DNA of 64,000 nt, taken from the NCBI GenBank assembly GCA_016707525.1, contig JADJHP010000003.1, positions 76,677 through 140,676 on the forward strand. Reading direction: 5' to 3'. Below, piece by piece: positions 60,444 to 64,000 of the stretch; the first letter of the stretch is position 1, and every line of letters begins with the position of its first letter. Below the pieces are notes generated by a model, which saw only the letters and a list, made by a program, of their open reading frames with translations, made no database searches and had not been told where the DNA came from. The position numbers and the translations under genes were made by a program. This DNA comes from Ignavibacteriota bacterium (GTDB taxonomy: Bacteria; Bacteroidota; Ignavibacteria; UBA10030; UBA6906).

Positions 60444-61658
60444 GTGATCGAAAGAGCACTTCATATTGAACGGCTTCTGAAACCCAGGAAGGTCCTGATC
60501 ATGTACGGGGCCCGTAGGGTTGGCAAGACGACCCTCCTGAAAGACTTCCTGTCTCATTCGAAGCTCAAATACCGTATTGATTCCGGCGACAATATCAGGC
60601 TCCAGCATGTGTTCGAGTCGCAGGACTTTGAGGCATTGTCCGATTACGTCGAAGGGTATGAACTGATTGCGATTGATGAAGCGCAGCAAATCAGGAACAT
60701 CGGCATGGGCCTGAAGATCCTTGTGGACCAACACCCGTCTCTCAAGATCATCGTTACAGGTTCCTCTTCTTTCGACCTGTCACAATCGGTCGGTGAACCA
60801 TTGACGGGCCGCAAGAAAACGGTGGTCCTCTATCCGATGTCGTTGTTGGAACTCGGCGCCCTCTACAATAAGCAAGAACTCTCAGAGCAACTGGAAAACT
60901 TCTTGAGATTCGGGCTGTATCCTGAGATCATCACGACGAAAAGCAAGAAGGGAAAGATGGAAATCCTGCGGGAACTTGTCGATTCCTACCTCTTGAAGGA
61001 CATTCTCAGCCTCGAAAAGATCAAGGGTTCGCGCCAGCTTCTGGATCTCCTCAAGCTTCTTGCATTCCAGATCGGCAATGAGGTGTCTTTCACTGAGTTG
61101 GCCACACAGGTCCGGCTGGATGTGAAGACCGTAGCACGCTACCTCGATATCCTGGAAAAAGGATTCGTGATCCAGCGCATCGGTGCATTGAGCCGGAATC
61201 CGCGCAAGGAGGTGACCAGCAAAGCGAAGTACTATTTCTTCGATGTCGGCATCCGGAACGCCATCATTTCGCAGTTCAATGAGATCGGAGATCGGAACGA
61301 TACAGGAAATCTCTTCGAGAACTTCATCGTCATGGAGCGCCAGAAAACGAATGCCTACAAGCAGAGGATCTCTCAGACATATTTCTGGCGAACCTACGAC
61401 GGACAGGAAGTCGATGTTATTGAGGAACAGAATGGCAGGATCCACGGCTATGAGGTGAAGTCGTCTCCGGGAAAGAAATCCAGAACACCCTCATCGTGGA
61501 AAACAACATATCCGGATGCCCTTCTGACGCTGATCAACAGAGAGAACTATCTCCCGTTCATTCTGGATGAAAAGCGTAGAGAGAAGCAATTGCGCGAGGA
61601 CATACCGCAGATCCGGGGAAATGAACGCGTAGAAGTTCCGGTCTATTGCCCCCCGTGA
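60444..61658 (+). CDS. ATP-binding protein, AAA (AAA_14) + DUF4143 domain family
   Basis: 404 aa; Walker A GARRVGKTT, Walker B IAIDEAQ; C-terminal DUF4143 region; visibly lower GC than surrounding genes; GTG start. Confidence 0.8.
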   Translation: MIERALHIERLLKPRKVLIMYGARRVGKTTLLKDFLSHSKLKYRIDSGDNIRLQHVFESQDFEALSDYVEGYELIAIDEAQQIRNIGMGLKILVDQHPSLKIIVTGSSSFDLSQSVGEPLTGRKKTVVLYPMSLLELGALYNKQELSEQLENFLRFGLYPEIITTKSKKGKMEILRELVDSYLLKDILSLEKIKGSRQLLDLLKLLAFQIGNEVSFTELATQVRLDVKTVARYLDILEKGFVIQRIGALSRNPRKEVTSKAKYYFFDVGIRNAIISQFNEIGDRNDTGNLFENFIVMERQKTNAYKQRISQTYFWRTYDGQEVDVIEEQNGRIHGYEVKSSPGKKSRTPSSWKTTYPDALLTLINRENYLPFILDEKRREKQLREDIPQIRGNERVEVPVYCPP

Positions 61659-61665
61659 TACCAGG

Positions 61666-63003
61666 CTACTTCACAACCAACCGATACGTCTCGATCGCCT
61701 GATGTCCGACGGGTACCGATATACGGTTCCCGCTCTGGTTCATGGGACCGACTTTCACCTCAATGATGTCCGTCGAGAACGATGCCTTCGCTTCGAATGG
61801 AAGCCCAATGCGGGCCGTCGCGCTCTCCCTGTCCGCCTCGTAGAGCCGGAGGATCACATCATCGTTGTCTTCCGCCTTCTTCATCGTGCTCAGCACGATA
61901 TTGTCCGCCTCCACCGAGAGAAAACTCTTCGATCCGGGAAGCGTCCCGCCCGCATGACCGGGATCGAGCACGACCGCTGTCAGCGGAGAATTCGCCTCGA
62001 CGCCGAACCGGCGCCCGTTTCTCCATCCGGGTTGATGCGATGTGAGAGAGAATCGGAAATCATGATCGCCGGTCTGCGGATACCAGTTGCCTTCCCAGTG
62101 GCAGCTCTTCCGGGAGGCCAGGAGGATCGGCTGCAGCAACGTCGCGGTATCCGTGCTGTCGGTCGGATTCCGATAATCCCATACGGCGACGCTTGAGCTC
62201 AACGTGATCCCGAGGTCATTGTCCGAGGCGTTGATCCAGTTCTGGATCGTGCGCGGACGGACGCCCGGAGCCGGACTGGTATACCGCTCTCCCGGCGCAC
62301 CGCGCATTTCGTCCTTCCCTATCTCGACCGTTTCGAACGGTGCTTCGTACGCAACCGTGCCCCGGTTGACGTTCACCGGGAACGCCAGACGGAACTCGCG
62401 GTAGTGCGTTCCATCCCATCCAAGCAGCGATGTTGAGAAGTCGATCTGCCTGAGGGCATGATACAGAGTGATCCGCTGTACCACGGTCGTGTGCTCGATC
62501 GGCTGGCGGAGTTCAAGTACATCTCTGACCGGTCCCTGCTCAAGGACATACCAGCGCGAGGGATGATTGCTCATCCTGTCGAATCCCTCCATCGTCGGAT
62601 ATTGGGGGTCAGCCCATTCTCCCGCATCCTCGCCGATCGACTGCATCGTGAAAAGTTCGCCTCCAAGAAACGCCGAGCGTGCCAGCAAATTCTTTCCGAG
62701 CTTCTTGTCGGTTATCTGCTTCACGCCGCCAGGCGCGAGGGCGATGCGGTAGTGCTCGTTCTCAATGATGCTGGGGGCCGGCGCATTCGCCGGCGAACCG
62801 GAAACCGCATTGCCACCGACAACCCGGTACGTCGCATACCCGATGGAGGGGACCCCGGCGGCGATGAAGGTGATCTCGGCGCTCCGTATGCTTCCATCGT
62901 CAAAGCGCTCGAGTCTGCTCACCTGAGCCGGGATCACTTCTCCCCCTGTCCCCTGATCCCCACTCCCTTCTTGAACATCCCCTTGGCCGGTTCCACCGTG
63001 CAC
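61666..63003 (-). CDS. GH38 alpha-mannosidase, central + C-terminal domains (3' part of a frameshifted gene)
   Basis: 445 aa; C-terminal domain pattern LAFPVNVNRGTVAYEAPFETVEIG matches the GH38C consensus (AFPVD...ATYEIQFGxVER). Confidence 0.6.
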   Translation of the reverse strand: MHGGTGQGDVQEGSGDQGTGGEVIPAQVSRLERFDDGSIRSAEITFIAAGVPSIGYATYRVVGGNAVSGSPANAPAPSIIENEHYRIALAPGGVKQITDKKLGKNLLARSAFLGGELFTMQSIGEDAGEWADPQYPTMEGFDRMSNHPSRWYVLEQGPVRDVLELRQPIEHTTVVQRITLYHALRQIDFSTSLLGWDGTHYREFRLAFPVNVNRGTVAYEAPFETVEIGKDEMRGAPGERYTSPAPGVRPRTIQNWINASDNDLGITLSSSVAVWDYRNPTDSTDTATLLQPILLASRKSCHWEGNWYPQTGDHDFRFSLTSHQPGWRNGRRFGVEANSPLTAVVLDPGHAGGTLPGSKSFLSVEADNIVLSTMKKAEDNDDVILRLYEADRESATARIGLPFEAKASFSTDIIEVKVGPMNQSGNRISVPVGHQAIETYRLVVK

Positions 63004-64000
63004 GTCACTGCCCCTGTCCGCTTCCAGCTGAGCCGATTGAAGACCACAACGGGGATACCTCCCTTCGTGTCCCTCCTCACCATCTTTGCGATATTCTTCG
63101 TGGCTTCGCCATAGATCTCTTTGGACATATCGCGGGCCGTCCGGTACTTCGCCAGGAAGGTACTATCCGTGACGTCGCCGTTCTTGCCGCCCCATCCGTG
63201 ATCAGGATAGAGCTGCGCTTCCCACGCCGCCGTCAGGCGCGCGGCGGGGTAGCCGGAGAACGAACGGGCGAGAAGTGCACCGATCGTGGAGAAGGTCTCC
63301 GCCGCGGTGAGGTACGTGTCCGCCTCCCGCTTGGCGTCGATCGCCCAATGATGGGTCGGCCCGTGAATATACAGCCAGATGTTCGGCCGTTCCCCGCGGA
63401 TCTCCGGGAAGGAGCGGCCTTCCTTTGCGACCTGATCCAGCCACCCGGCTGCCGTCGAGTACTGCAGGGCAGGCAGACGGAGGGGTTGACTCTCGCCGGA
63501 TTCCGACGTGATGGAACTCAGGCTGTTCCAGGTGTGCATGAAGTCGCCATAGTTGATCGGGGCGCTCATGTCACTCATCGAGATCACAGGGATGGCTCTG
63601 GTGCCATTGGGAATGCCGACGGCCCAATCGCGGGAGAACGATGCGAGAAACCCTGCAGCCTCGTGGAACGGCTTCCCGAGCGAGCGTTCGATGAAGAGTG
63701 CATAGTGCGCAGGACTGAAAACAGTGATCGACGAGCTGTCGTAACTCTTCCAGGTGTACAGTCCTTTTTCCTGACGGCTCACGATGAGCGCCGGGACGCC
63801 GGCCTTCGCCATCACCTGGGGCATCTGTCCGGCCCGCCCCGGGACGTCCGGGTTCCATGCAACTCGCGAATCGCATCCGGGGAAATTCGTCAGGAGCCAT
63901 TTCTTACCCGCGTAGAACTGGCGGACCAGCATTTCGCCCGAGCAGAGATCTTCGTACGGCATATTGTAGCTGGCGCCGATACCGAGCCGTCCGTCGGCGA
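62934..64000 (-). CDS. GH38 alpha-mannosidase N-terminal/middle part (partial; continues beyond the window; frameshifted relative to the downstream part)
   Basis: ORF 62934..63962 contains GEMLVRQFYAGKKWLL (the GH38 GESxIRQFLxGQRF motif) and YPDHGWGG; overlaps ORF 61666..63003 in a different frame across a C/G-homopolymer-rich stretch (62937..63000). Confidence 0.55.
   Translation of the reverse strand, partial: ADGRLGIGASYNMPYEDLCSGEMLVRQFYAGKKWLLTNFPGCDSRVAWNPDVPGRAGQMPQVMAKAGVPALIVSRQEKGLYTWKSYDSSSITVFSPAHYALFIERSLGKPFHEAAGFLASFSRDWAVGIPNGTRAIPVISMSDMSAPINYGDFMHTWNSLSSITSESGESQPLRLPALQYSTAAGWLDQVAKEGRSFPEIRGERPNIWLYIHGPTHHWAIDAKREADTYLTAAETFSTIGALLARSFSGYPAARLTAAWEAQLYPDHGWGGKNGDVTDSTFLAKYRTARDMSKEIYGEATKNIAKMVRRDTKGGIPVVVFNRLSWKRTGAVTCTVEPAKGMFKKGVGIRGQGEK

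Overview
High-GC (~60-65%) bacterial chromosomal segment with very dense, mostly minus-strand coding. The T9SS C-terminal sorting domain suggests an FCB-group organism, and the promoters look sigma70-like (TTGACA / TATATT). Main content: (i) a partial Rrf2 regulator and a dienelactone hydrolase; (ii) a nine-gene heme/tetrapyrrole biosynthesis supercluster, HemX/CcsA-like-hemA-hemC-hemD-hemE-hemH-hemY-hemB-hemL, with overlapping start/stop codons; (iii) acetyl-CoA synthetase; (iv) a proline-rich tandem-repeat protein with a possible GvpL/F-like C-terminal domain; (v) an ECF sigma factor, a soluble zinc (ZAS) anti-sigma factor and four translationally coupled small thiol/disulfide-type proteins (DUF2892, DUF1858, DUF6132, membrane thioredoxin); (vi) an amino-acid permease with a single-base frameshift; (vii) an AI-2E transporter, a cNMP-binding protein and a 917-aa hybrid histidine kinase; (viii) a TAT-exported aldo/keto reductase-ferredoxin fusion with a secreted partner, and a fatty-acid-CoA ligase; (ix) a complete trp operon, trpE-G-D-C-F-(DAHP synthase)-B-A, with a textbook attenuator: a 27-aa leader peptide with three consecutive Trp codons, an antiterminator/terminator pair and a near-leaderless promoter; (x) a 1466-aa multi-domain hybrid sensor kinase; (xi) a carbohydrate-utilisation region: a GH2-GH127 fusion, an MFS sugar porter, an NPCBM-GH27 alpha-galactosidase, a beta-helix/glycoside-hydrolase-like protein, a SusC-like outer-membrane receptor, a Ni/Co (NicO-family) transporter, MgtE, tRNA-Asn, and an M6 metalloprotease-BNR propeller with a T9SS C-terminal domain; (xii) an AT-richer degraded island with a Crp-family fragment, an AAA+DUF4143 ATPase, an orphan terminator and a frameshifted GH38 alpha-mannosidase running off the window. 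Four to five apparent frameshifts at homopolymers point to pseudogenisation or indel-type sequencing errors. Two families of intergenic palindromes are notable: GC-rich GGGCGGTGCA(TG)CACCGCCC copies, and two AT-rich perfect palindromes centred on GAATTC.
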